64,000 nt of DNA, taken from NCBI GenBank assembly GCA_030698625.1, contig JAUYMS010000047.1, forward strand, positions 12,210-76,209, given 5' to 3'. The first letter of the stretch is position 1; the number at the start of each line of letters is the position of its first letter. The notes beneath the pieces are model-generated. The model had not been told where the DNA came from, ran no database searches, and was given only the letters and a program-made list of their open reading frames with translations. Shown piece by piece: positions 46,741 to 55,680 of the stretch. Origin of the DNA: Candidatus Omnitrophota bacterium (GTDB lineage Bacteria > Omnitrophota > Omnitrophia > Omnitrophales > Aquincolibacteriaceae). The translations under genes and the position numbers were made by a program.

Positions 46741-48450
46741 CTAGTCGCTGCTGACCCTGAGCACTTCTTCCAAAGTAGTGCATCCGGCCTTGAACCTGCC
46801 TAAAGCGTACTCGTAAAGCGTCTCCATACCTTTTTCGACCGCAGCCCGGTGGATCTGATCACTTGAAAGCTTTTCGATAATCATTTCGCGTATCTGATTA
46901 TCGACTTCCATGAGCTCAATCACGGCCATGCGCCCGTAATATCCCGTGTGGTTACATTTCACACAGCCCTTTCCTTTATAGGGCGTAAACCCTTTCATAT
47001 CCTCAGCCGTTAAATTGCATCGCCGTAACACTTCCGCGGGAACTTCATGCGGGGCTTTACAATACTGGCACACCCGCCGCACAAGACGTTGAGCCGCAAC
47101 GCAAATGACCGATGAAGCGATCAAGAACGGCTCCACCCCCATGTCGATAAGACGCGTGACCGCGCCGGCGGCGCTGTTCGTATGAAGAGTGCTGAACACA
47201 AGATGCCCGGTCAACGCCGCCTTGACCGCAATATCGGCCGTTTCCGAATCGCGGATTTCACCGACGAGGACGATATCGGGACTCTGACGCAGAAGAGCAC
47301 GTAGGCCGCTTGCGAATGTCAAACCGATCTGAGCATGGGTCTGAGTCTGAGTTATCCCTTCCACCTGGTACTCCACGGGGTCTTCAATCGTCATGATATT
47401 TCTATCAATCGTATTGAGTGTATTCAATATGGTATAGAGAGTCGTCGACTTTCCGCTGCCGGTCGGACCCGTAACCAGAATCATGCCGTAGGGGTGCTTC
47501 ACGGCCCGAGCCAAAATATTGGTGGGCCCTTCGGTCAAACCAAGTTTGTCCAATCCGGACTTCATGCTTGCTCTGTCAAGAACACGCATCACGATCTTTT
47601 CCCCAAAATAGATAGGAAGCATTGAGACACGGAAATCGATTTCGCGGTTTAGAAGTTTCACACGGAAGCGTCCGTCTTGAGGAACACGCTTCTCCGTGAT
47701 ATCCAATTGCGACATGATCTTGATTCTCGCGACCACCGCACTGTACATATCGCGAGCATGACTGAAGGCGTCTTTGAGCGCCCCGTCGATACGATAACGG
47801 ATGCGGAATTCTTTTTCGTAGGGTTCAAAGTGAATGTCGGAGGCTCTCATCCGGATCGCTTCTTCGATGATAAGATTCACCATTCGAATGACGGGCGCAT
47901 CGTCCAAGCTATGCTTCTTGGTGTCGTCATCCCCTTCTTTGGCACCCCTATCAGCGACGACTTCCAGGTCGTCCTCACCGATGCCCTCGATAATCTCATG
48001 AAGACTGCCGCCCTGTGAGTAGTAGTGCTCGACAGCGGCGCTGATCGCTTTCGGCGTCGCTAGGATCAAACTGATATCACAGTTCGTCAGACCGCGAAGA
48101 TCGTCCTGAAGCATTAGATCCAGAGGCCGGCTCGTTGCTACGGTAAGGAGATTCTTGATGCGCGACACGGGCATGGCGCGGTACCTGTCTGCCAGTTTCT
48201 TAGGGATAAGATCAAGGGTATCCTTGGGAATACGATATGCCGAGAGATTGAACATAGGTATTTCCAAATGGTCACTCAGAAAATGAGTCATGTCTTCTTC
48301 GTCGATGAGCCCCTTTTCAACAACAAGCTCAAAGACATCTTTTTTGTCTTTCTTTGCCAACTTCAAGACATTCTGAAATTCCTTGGCGTCGACCTTGCCG
48401 CTATCGATCAACATCTCAGCGAGTTGTGTCTTTGATATTTGCGAAATCAT
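46741..48450 (-). CDS. pilB: PilB/GspE-family secretion ATPase (copy 1, adjacent to pilC)
   Basis: Walker A is LVTGPTGSGKSTTLY; Asp box; His box; a tetracysteine CQYC...CVKC. Has an N-terminal T2SSE_N-like domain. Confidence 0.85.
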   Translation of the reverse strand: MISQISKTQLAEMLIDSGKVDAKEFQNVLKLAKKDKKDVFELVVEKGLIDEEDMTHFLSDHLEIPMFNLSAYRIPKDTLDLIPKKLADRYRAMPVSRIKNLLTVATSRPLDLMLQDDLRGLTNCDISLILATPKAISAAVEHYYSQGGSLHEIIEGIGEDDLEVVADRGAKEGDDDTKKHSLDDAPVIRMVNLIIEEAIRMRASDIHFEPYEKEFRIRYRIDGALKDAFSHARDMYSAVVARIKIMSQLDITEKRVPQDGRFRVKLLNREIDFRVSMLPIYFGEKIVMRVLDRASMKSGLDKLGLTEGPTNILARAVKHPYGMILVTGPTGSGKSTTLYTILNTLNTIDRNIMTIEDPVEYQVEGITQTQTHAQIGLTFASGLRALLRQSPDIVLVGEIRDSETADIAVKAALTGHLVFSTLHTNSAAGAVTRLIDMGVEPFLIASSVICVAAQRLVRRVCQYCKAPHEVPAEVLRRCNLTAEDMKGFTPYKGKGCVKCNHTGYYGRMAVIELMEVDNQIREMIIEKLSSDQIHRAAVEKGMETLYEYALGRFKAGCTTLEEVLRVSSD

Positions 48451-50204
48451 GCCGCTTTCTTCTCCTCGCTCTTCTGGTCATTTGTCGACACGCGGTAGAT
48501 TTCCTCCACAGTTGTCTCACCTTCCAGCGCTTTGGCCACGGCGCTTTGCCTCAGAGTCGTCATTCCTTGCCGAACAGCGATCGCCTTCAAGTCATCTGAA
48601 GAGGCGCCTTGCATGATCCCCGCCATGACGGTAGGCGTCATTTCCATAATCTCGGTAATCACCCGCCGGCCCTGATACCCCGACTGGCGGCAGCGCACAC
48701 ATCCCTTAGCCTTATAAAACTGATGTGTTTTAGCGGGATCCAGCCCAAGATCTTTGACGAGGTCAGCTTCTGCTTCATAGGTATAGCGACACCTCTGGCA
48801 TATGCGCCTCACCAAGCGTTGGGCGGATACCATAATCACCGTCGACGCGATCAAGAAGGGCTCAAGCCCCATGTTGACCATACGGGTAATCGAACTCGGC
48901 GCGTCATTGGTGTGCAGTGTACTCAGCACCAGATGACCGGTCATGGCAGCCTTAACGGCAATGTCCAAAGTGTCCGTGTCACGAATTTCGCCGATCAGCA
49001 CGATATCGGGGTCCTGGCGCAGAATCGAGCGCAGTGCCGCGGGAAAGGTTAGTCCGATCGCCTCTTTCACATTCACCTGATTGATCCCGTGCACTTGATA
49101 TTCCACGGGTTCTTCCACCGTCGTGATGTTGACTTCCGGTTTATCCAGAAATTTCAACACAGAGTACAGCGTCGTGCTCTTTCCGCTACCCGTCGGGCCC
49201 GTCACCAGAATCATGCCGTGCGGTTTGCGCGAGCAATCCTTAATGATCTGCTGTTCCCGGTCACTGAAACCTAGCTTGGTTATGTCGTGACCCTGATTCG
49301 AGGTGTCCAGGATACGCAAACACACCTTTTCCCCGAAACTCGACGGCAAGATACTCACGCGCAAATCGACACTTCGCTTTTCTACCCGCACTTTAATGCG
49401 GCCGTCCTGCGGCACCCGATGTTCGGCGATATTGAGATCGCTCATGATCTTCACACGCGAAACAATGGCCGGCCCCATTCCGACAGGCGCTTTTATGAGC
49501 TCTTCGAGCATCCCGTCTACACGCACCCTCACTCTGACAAAGTTTTCCCATGGCTCGATGAAAATATCGCTCGCTTTCCTCTTGATGCCCTCAAGCAAGA
49601 CCATATTCACAATCTTGATGGTCGGCGACTCATGGGCCACCTTCGCCAGTTCCGCTTCCTCCGCGGCGGATTCCCCCGGATCTTCCATATCAATCATCTT
49701 GACCAAATCGTCGAGTTCTCCCCCGCGATCTTCGGTCTCGATATCCGGTGCATCGGTTTTCTTAAGGCTATAGTACTTTTCGATAAGCTTTCTCAGCGTG
49801 GCATAGCCGGCCACGCAGGCGCGAATCCGCAGGCCGGTAATAGCGTGGATCTCATCGATGGCTGCGAGGTTGGTCGGGTTGGCAAAAGCTACGGTCAGTG
49901 TCTTCTCATGCTGGCTGATCGCGAGAGCCGTGTATTTCTCCGCGACCTCCTTCGGGAAGCTGGCAATAACTGCATCGTCAATGATAAAGACGGTGGGATT
50001 CGTGAGGGTGTACCCAAACTCTTTGCTCAAGACACGGGCAAGTTTTTTCTCGTCAAACTTGCCCTTCTCAAAAACGGCATCGATGAGCGATTTCTTACCG
50101 TGTTCGGCTTCCATGAGCGCTTCGTGGAGGTCTTCGGCGCTCATGACCTTCTCGCCGATCAGCGCTTTCTGCAAATCACCGTAATAGGAATCTTTAGAAC
50201 CCAC
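48447..50204 (-). CDS. PilB/GspE-family secretion ATPase (copy 2, tandem paralog)
   Basis: Walker A is LVTGPTGSGKSTTLY and the tetracysteine is CQRC...CVRC. Overlaps copy 1 by ATGA. Confidence 0.85.
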   Translation of the reverse strand: MGSKDSYYGDLQKALIGEKVMSAEDLHEALMEAEHGKKSLIDAVFEKGKFDEKKLARVLSKEFGYTLTNPTVFIIDDAVIASFPKEVAEKYTALAISQHEKTLTVAFANPTNLAAIDEIHAITGLRIRACVAGYATLRKLIEKYYSLKKTDAPDIETEDRGGELDDLVKMIDMEDPGESAAEEAELAKVAHESPTIKIVNMVLLEGIKRKASDIFIEPWENFVRVRVRVDGMLEELIKAPVGMGPAIVSRVKIMSDLNIAEHRVPQDGRIKVRVEKRSVDLRVSILPSSFGEKVCLRILDTSNQGHDITKLGFSDREQQIIKDCSRKPHGMILVTGPTGSGKSTTLYSVLKFLDKPEVNITTVEEPVEYQVHGINQVNVKEAIGLTFPAALRSILRQDPDIVLIGEIRDTDTLDIAVKAAMTGHLVLSTLHTNDAPSSITRMVNMGLEPFLIASTVIMVSAQRLVRRICQRCRYTYEAEADLVKDLGLDPAKTHQFYKAKGCVRCRQSGYQGRRVITEIMEMTPTVMAGIMQGASSDDLKAIAVRQGMTTLRQSAVAKALEGETTVEEIYRVSTNDQKSEEKKAA

Positions 50205-50208
50205 AACT

Positions 50209-50688
50209 TCAACCCGCTTTTTTTAGTTTCTTCGTTTTTGATTGAGATGCGTTAGCAAGATCTATGAGTTCTAGAATTTCTCCGCTCGTCGACATAAATA
50301 CCTGCGGCTTCTTTTTCGTTTCCTGACGCGCCCGCTCAACACCCGGACAATGCAACGGATCTGAAACCGCTAAATAGATTCGCTGCTCGTCAACATCGAA
50401 GGCCACCATGGCGTGCTCCCGGCAAAAATCGGCATCGAATAGACGGACGGCGTCCATGTTAATCGAGTAATTTTGTAGGGCGATGAACGGAACCTTGAGC
50501 TGCTTACCAAGGGCTCCGATCAATTGTTCCTCCGAAATATGGCCCTGCTGCAGGAGAATGCGGCCGAGCAGACCGCCTTCCCCCTCCTGAACGAGGAGAG
50601 CTTCCTGGATATTCTCGTTCGTAAGCAGACCATCCTCGAGAAGGATCTCGCCCAAGCGTTTGCTTGAACTTTCCCCCATAATAAACAA
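50209..50688 (-). CDS. Stand-alone MshEN/T2SSE_N domain protein (predicted c-di-GMP receptor)
   Basis: Two tandem 24-aa motifs: RLGEILLEDGLLTNENIQEALLVQ and LLGRILLQQGHISEEQLIGALGKQ. Both fit RLGxxLLxxGLLxxxxLxxxLxxQ. Confidence 0.7.
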   Translation of the reverse strand: MFIMGESSSKRLGEILLEDGLLTNENIQEALLVQEGEGGLLGRILLQQGHISEEQLIGALGKQLKVPFIALQNYSINMDAVRLFDADFCREHAMVAFDVDEQRIYLAVSDPLHCPGVERARQETKKKPQVFMSTSGEILELIDLANASQSKTKKLKKAG

Positions 50689-50838
50689 GTATAGCCAGAG
50701 AGATTTGCATTTACAAGTTATGCCGTGACTCTTATTTAATTGAATTGTTATATATTGATATCAGATGATACTGTAACCATAAATATGTTAAAAAACATTA
50801 CTAACAATAATTTCAAACCAATCAGCAGGAGAGCCAGA

Positions 50839-51525
50839 CTACAGGTAGGTTCTGAGGGGGCATTTCTCGCAGTGAGCGACTCGCGCTTTACAGTAGTCTT
50901 TGGCCACATTCACAATCTGTGCATGGTAGTCATTAAAAAGCGGCACGCTCTTAGGGAGGGCAGCTACGAAAAGCGACTGCCACTCGTGATAATCCGCCTC
51001 TAATTTGTGCAGGTGATGCCGGGAAAATACGCGCTTGGTATAGGTGTCAATCACGAAATGAGCCTTCCCGGCCGCATAGAGGAGAATAGAATCCGCTGTC
51101 TCCGGACCAATGCCGTTCACAGCAAGAAGCTCTTCCCGCAATTTGCTGCCGTTAACCGCAAACATCCGGTTCAGGCTTCCTTTATACCGAAGAAACAGAT
51201 AGTCAATGAAACACTTCAAACGCTTTGCCTTAACATTAAAGTAGCCGGCAGGACGAATCAAACGTGCGAGCGACGAATGGGTCATCTCCTTTAGCGCGCA
51301 CGGGCTTAACTTTTTGGCAGTCTTCAGATTGGCAATCGCTTTTTCGACATTCGTCCACGCCGTATTTTGCGTGAGGATGGCACCCACGATGACTTCAAAT
51401 GAGGTTTCCCCGGGCCACCAGTTTTGGTGGCCGTTAATGCGGCGCATCGTGCGGTACACACGCGCAAGGTCACGCGGCTTAAGTGCCCTTTTAGCCGGAG
51501 AGCGGAAATGTTTCAAGCGGCTCAT
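50839..51525 (-). CDS. Endonuclease III-related HhH-GPD domain protein
   Basis: LLAVNGIGPETADSILLYA HhH-GPD motif and a C-terminal Cys cluster. Start preferred at MSRLKHF. Confidence 0.6.
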   Translation of the reverse strand: MSRLKHFRSPAKRALKPRDLARVYRTMRRINGHQNWWPGETSFEVIVGAILTQNTAWTNVEKAIANLKTAKKLSPCALKEMTHSSLARLIRPAGYFNVKAKRLKCFIDYLFLRYKGSLNRMFAVNGSKLREELLAVNGIGPETADSILLYAAGKAHFVIDTYTKRVFSRHHLHKLEADYHEWQSLFVAALPKSVPLFNDYHAQIVNVAKDYCKARVAHCEKCPLRTYL

Positions 51526-52060
51526 AGCGGGGGCCCCCGGGGGCGGGAAGGCTCTGGTATAAAATAATTTTATCGATGATACGCGTTTCGGTCGGCTGCA
51601 TCTCAACGGCGTCCAAGCTTCCGACCGCGCTTTCTCCTTTGCGCGTTCGGCCCACAGTCACATGCGGACGAAACGGCCGTTCTTCCACAGGGAAACCCCT
51701 GAGCTTTAACGAATGTTCGAGACTCTGCTGCATAGTCAGTAAATCATCGAGTTTGCCGCCGAGGCCAATCCAGGTAATGCGCGGCTGCTGCTGATTCGGA
51801 AAGTAGCCCACCTCCCGCAGGTTGACCGCAATCGGCGCGCATTTTTCAGCCAGGGGCCCGGCAACATCTTTGATCACCGCGACATCATCACGGGAAGTAC
51901 GGCCGAAGAAATGAAGTGTCACATGTGTGTTTTCCGCGCGCACCCAATTAATGCCGTCAACCCGGCTGCTGATAAACTCGAGGAAAAATTTGATTTCTCT
52001 CGGGAAGGATTCTGCAATCGGCAGGGCCAGGAACGTACGCAGGTTCTCTTCAGGCATCAC
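51491..52060 (-). CDS. thpR: RNA 2',3'-cyclic phosphodiesterase (2H family, ThpR/LigT)
   Basis: Two H-x-T/S-x motifs: HVTLHF and HVTVGR. Confidence 0.8.
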   Translation of the reverse strand: MMPEENLRTFLALPIAESFPREIKFFLEFISSRVDGINWVRAENTHVTLHFFGRTSRDDVAVIKDVAGPLAEKCAPIAVNLREVGYFPNQQQPRITWIGLGGKLDDLLTMQQSLEHSLKLRGFPVEERPFRPHVTVGRTRKGESAVGSLDAVEMQPTETRIIDKIILYQSLPAPGGPRYEPLETFPLSG

Positions 52061-53291
52061 GTCTCAATTGACGCCACAAGTACTCCAATGCCTTCATGGA
52101 CGCCTTCTGCTGAACCTGATGACGGTCGCCCCAAAACTCATGCTGCCACACCCGCGAGCGCTTTCCGTTCGCAAGAGCGATATAAACAAGTCCCACCGGC
52201 TTCTTTCGCGTACCGCCGTCGGGACCCGCGACACCGGTGATCGCAATGCCATAGGTTGTTTTGAGTTTTCGGCGAACGCCTTCGGCCATCTGTAAAGCAA
52301 CGTCATCGGAAACCGCGCCGTACCTCCGCAAGTCGGCCGGAGACACGCCGAGGAGGTCCTCTTTGACGGCATTGGTATAGGAGACAATACTCCCCTTGAA
52401 GTACTTGCTCGCGCCCGAGACTTTCGTGATCTCAGAAGACAGCAGTCCCCCGCTGCAGCTTTCCGCCGCCGAAAGTGTCTTTCTGCTTTTTGTTAAAAGC
52501 TTTCCGACTGCCTCCGGAAACTTGATGTCTTCATAGGCGTAGACAGAACTCCCCAACCGCCGCCTCACCATCGCCTTCAAACGAGCCACCGTTGCCCGCC
52601 TCGGTGCATAAATCCGTATCGAAACTTCCCCGACATGCGGATAGATTCCAAACTCGAACTTTTCGCGGAAAAAACCCTTCCCCAACTTCTGCATGATTTC
52701 CGGTTCCGAGATGCCCACAAACTTTGCCACGAACGGGACCTTGGGTTTCACCCGCCGGAAGTGCCTGAGCGCGAGCGGCTTAACGCGGTGCGCGAACATC
52801 TTCTCCAACTCACGCGGCACTCCGGGCAAAACCACAATCATCCGGCTGCCGCACACGATATAAAAACCGAGAGCAATGCCGTGGCGATTCACGAGCGGCA
52901 CCGCATTATCGGGAAAAAGAGCCTCACGCCTTACCAGTTCCGGTACAACCTTATGACGCTTGGCGTAGTACTTCGTAATTTGGTTGTATTGAGTTTTGGA
53001 GAGGACGAGGGGTACCTGAAAAAACTCGGCGACACCGTCTCGCGTGACATCGTCAGGCGTGGGCCCCAACCCCCCCGACATAATGACAAGATCAGAGCGC
53101 GAAATCGCAGTGGCAATGCGCTCGCAAATCTCTTCAACCTCATCCGGACAGCTCCCCTGGGCCTTCACATCAAAGCCCAGTTCGGTGAGTTCCCGCCCCA
53201 GGAATTTGGCGTTGCTGTTCAGGACGCTCCCTTTCAACAGCTCATCGCCTATCGTAATGAGCTCTGCGGTGTGTCTCCCCGGAACCTTCAT
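52050..53291 (-). CDS. cinA: CinA-family protein (MoCF-like N-domain + nicotinamide-nucleotide amidohydrolase C-domain)
   Basis: N-terminal ITIGDELLKGSVLNSNAKFLG and C-terminal AESCSGGLLSSEIT. Confidence 0.85.
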   Translation of the reverse strand: MKVPGRHTAELITIGDELLKGSVLNSNAKFLGRELTELGFDVKAQGSCPDEVEEICERIATAISRSDLVIMSGGLGPTPDDVTRDGVAEFFQVPLVLSKTQYNQITKYYAKRHKVVPELVRREALFPDNAVPLVNRHGIALGFYIVCGSRMIVVLPGVPRELEKMFAHRVKPLALRHFRRVKPKVPFVAKFVGISEPEIMQKLGKGFFREKFEFGIYPHVGEVSIRIYAPRRATVARLKAMVRRRLGSSVYAYEDIKFPEAVGKLLTKSRKTLSAAESCSGGLLSSEITKVSGASKYFKGSIVSYTNAVKEDLLGVSPADLRRYGAVSDDVALQMAEGVRRKLKTTYGIAITGVAGPDGGTRKKPVGLVYIALANGKRSRVWQHEFWGDRHQVQQKASMKALEYLWRQLRRDA

Positions 53292-54307
53292 GCGAACACC
53301 CACCACATAATCAGCCAAGCATAAAAGCCCGCAACCAGATCATCGCAAAGAATGCCCCAATACCCCGGTAGTCTTTCCGCGCGCCGCGCAGGAAAGGGTT
53401 TCCAGATATCGAAAAGGCGAAAGAGCAGAAATCCGGTAAGCAACGACAAAGGCGAAAGCGGGATGAGCAGAAAAGTCACGAACATTCCTGCGCCTTCATC
53501 GACGGTGACAAAAGACGGGTCCTTATTTTGACTCAAATCCAGGCGCGAGACCGCCCAATAACCGGCCCAAGCGATTGCCGCGCCCGTCAGGATATAGAGC
53601 CACACGCTGTGGGCGGTCAAGAGAATGAGAGGGATAACAAAGAGACTGCCCCACGTGCCGGGAGCGATGGGTAACAAACCCACGCCCATCGCAGAAGTGA
53701 ACTTTGCAAATGACGGGCTTTGCAAGATTTCGCGATTAGCCGCAAAAACAGAGTAGCCCGAAACGAGGGTGAGTATTAGGGTGATAATCAAAGTTCCGAA
53801 CATGGTCCACCGGAGACTTTCTGTGATGAGTTCCGAGAGGCCGAGGTCTAAAGCCACCACATACGCTATCGCGAAAGCAAGCACCACGACCTGAAAAGTC
53901 AGCTTAACCTTGCCGAGCATCTCGGCGCCTACCGCCTTCTTATCAATCAGCCACCCAATACGGCAAAACGTAACAATCAACTCCCGCGCAAAAATCGGGA
54001 CAAGCCAATACCCCGAATACAGGCCGCGCAAGCTGAAAGCCGCAAGCGTGGTCAGAATAAGCACCTTATCGGCAATGGGATCCATAATCCTGCCGAAATC
54101 GCTCTCGAGGGAAAGTTTGCGGGCGAGATAACCGTCGAAGTAGTCGGTCACTGCGGCCACCGTAAAAATAATCGCTGCCCAGATATGGGCCGTCAGTGAA
54201 TTACTGAGGATAAGGAACGGCAGACTGAGGCTCAGAAGAATGCGCAGGTAGCAGAGAATATTCGGGGGTTGTAACAGCTCGCGTCTACCGCTCGCCCAAG
54301 AGGTCAT
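53288..54307 (-). CDS. pgsA: Fusion: CDP-diacylglycerol--glycerol-3-phosphate 3-phosphatidyltransferase (PgsA) + phosphatidylglycerophosphatase A (PgpA)
   Basis: CDP-alcohol phosphatidyltransferase motif DYFDGYLARKLSLESDFGRIMDPIADK. C-terminal PgpA motifs LPIAPGTWGSL and VDEGAGM. Confidence 0.7.
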   Translation of the reverse strand: MTSWASGRRELLQPPNILCYLRILLSLSLPFLILSNSLTAHIWAAIIFTVAAVTDYFDGYLARKLSLESDFGRIMDPIADKVLILTTLAAFSLRGLYSGYWLVPIFARELIVTFCRIGWLIDKKAVGAEMLGKVKLTFQVVVLAFAIAYVVALDLGLSELITESLRWTMFGTLIITLILTLVSGYSVFAANREILQSPSFAKFTSAMGVGLLPIAPGTWGSLFVIPLILLTAHSVWLYILTGAAIAWAGYWAVSRLDLSQNKDPSFVTVDEGAGMFVTFLLIPLSPLSLLTGFLLFRLFDIWKPFPARRAERLPGYWGILCDDLVAGFYAWLIMWWVFA

Positions 54308-55619
54308 ATTCCCTGCACCCTGTGATGCGAACCGGATAAAACTCTCCGATTCGGAGTTCCTGCTTCGGGCTGCGCACAATCACATTACCGTCTACTTCGG
54401 GTGCATCCATCTCTGAACGGCCGATCCACTGCTGGGAATCTTTTTCGTCCCGCTCTTCAACCAAGACTTTGAGAGTTTTTCCGACCATGCGCTCGTTGTT
54501 TTCAAGCGAGACGCTTTGCTGCAGCCGCATGGCTCGATCCAAGCGGTCTTGTTTAACGTCTTCGTTGATCTGATCGCCGAGCTTCGCGGCCGCTGATCCC
54601 TCTTCCTGCGAATACGTGAATATACCGAGACGTTCAAACTTCATCTCTGCCATGAATGCCATGAGCTCCTCAAAATCTTCTTCCGTCTCACCGGGGTATC
54701 CCACAATAAAGGTCGTGCGAATTGCCAAATTCGGAACCGTCTCGCGAAACTGCCGGAGCAGATCCACGGTCCGCCGCTTTGTGATGCCGCGATTCATGGC
54801 AGTGAGCATGCGGTCGCTGGCGTGTTGCAGCGGCATGTCCAGATACTTGCAAACCCGGTCGAGATCGCGCATGGCTATCATCAGATCCTTGTTAAGGCAT
54901 GAGGGATACGCATAGAGTACGCGAATCCACTCCAGCTCGGATATGCCGTTAAGCTCATGGAGGAGCCTCGGCAGAAGATATTCGCCGCCGTGATCTCGTC
55001 CGAAGTAGGACGTATCCTGCCCCGTGAGGACGAGTTCTTTGGCGCCGCTCCTTGCCAAGCCCTGAGCCTCGAGCACGACGTCCTCGATGGTTCGGGAACG
55101 ATGTTTGCCGCGAAAAGACGGGATCACACAGAAGGCGCAAGTATGATCGCAACCTTCTGATATTTTCAAATACCGGTAATGCGCGGGGGTCAACGCGATG
55201 CGGTTCTCGCCCGAGGTCGTCAGATAACCGGGCCTGCCGATCTCGAAAACCTTCTTGCCGGCAGCAACCTCGTCCACGATCTCGGCGATCTTTTGATACT
55301 CCCCCGACCCCACGAACGCGTCCACCTCTTTGAGGTCTTTTTGCAATTCGCGCGGAAAACGCTGCACGAGGCAGCCCATGACGATGACCGCTCGGATCTG
55401 TTTCTGTTTCTTGAGTTCAATCAACTCCAGAATGCGGTCGACTGACTCCTGCTGAGCCTCTTGAATGAATGCGCAGGTATTGAGCAACGCAATATCACAA
55501 TCCGTGACCGAATCCACGATCTCATACCGGGATGCGGGAAGCTTGCCGAGAATGACTTCACTATCAACCAGGGTTTTGGGACAGCCGAGTGAAAGCATCC
55601 CGATCTTTACATGAGTCAT
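54285..55619 (-). CDS. rimO: Ribosomal protein S12 methylthiotransferase RimO
   Basis: An MTTase N-domain, radical-SAM CDHTCAFC, and a TRAM domain. Start preferred at MTHVKIG (55619). Confidence 0.85.
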   Translation of the reverse strand: MTHVKIGMLSLGCPKTLVDSEVILGKLPASRYEIVDSVTDCDIALLNTCAFIQEAQQESVDRILELIELKKQKQIRAVIVMGCLVQRFPRELQKDLKEVDAFVGSGEYQKIAEIVDEVAAGKKVFEIGRPGYLTTSGENRIALTPAHYRYLKISEGCDHTCAFCVIPSFRGKHRSRTIEDVVLEAQGLARSGAKELVLTGQDTSYFGRDHGGEYLLPRLLHELNGISELEWIRVLYAYPSCLNKDLMIAMRDLDRVCKYLDMPLQHASDRMLTAMNRGITKRRTVDLLRQFRETVPNLAIRTTFIVGYPGETEEDFEELMAFMAEMKFERLGIFTYSQEEGSAAAKLGDQINEDVKQDRLDRAMRLQQSVSLENNERMVGKTLKVLVEERDEKDSQQWIGRSEMDAPEVDGNVIVRSPKQELRIGEFYPVRITGCREYDLLGER

Positions 55620-55659
55620 TGATGTGGGGTTTGTGGTTTTCATGGGAAAATTGGCTCGT

Positions 55660-55668
55660 ATTATAGCA
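55660..55668 (-). promoter_or_regulatory. Possible extended -10 promoter (TGCTATAAT) for rimO
   Basis: Located in the 61-bp gap between the giant ORF stop and the rimO start. No good -35 element. Confidence 0.3.
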
Positions 55669-55680
55669 TATTTAGCGGGA

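Noticed and set aside
48447-50204. Whether the N-terminus of ATPase copy 2 is itself a functional MshEN c-di-GMP site
   Set aside because: The spacing of hydrophobic positions is retained, but the invariant RLG, central Gly and terminal Gln are all substituted (DLQKALIGEKVMSAEDLHEALMEA). It is judged degenerate, which is the observation that makes the stand-alone MshEN gene interesting.
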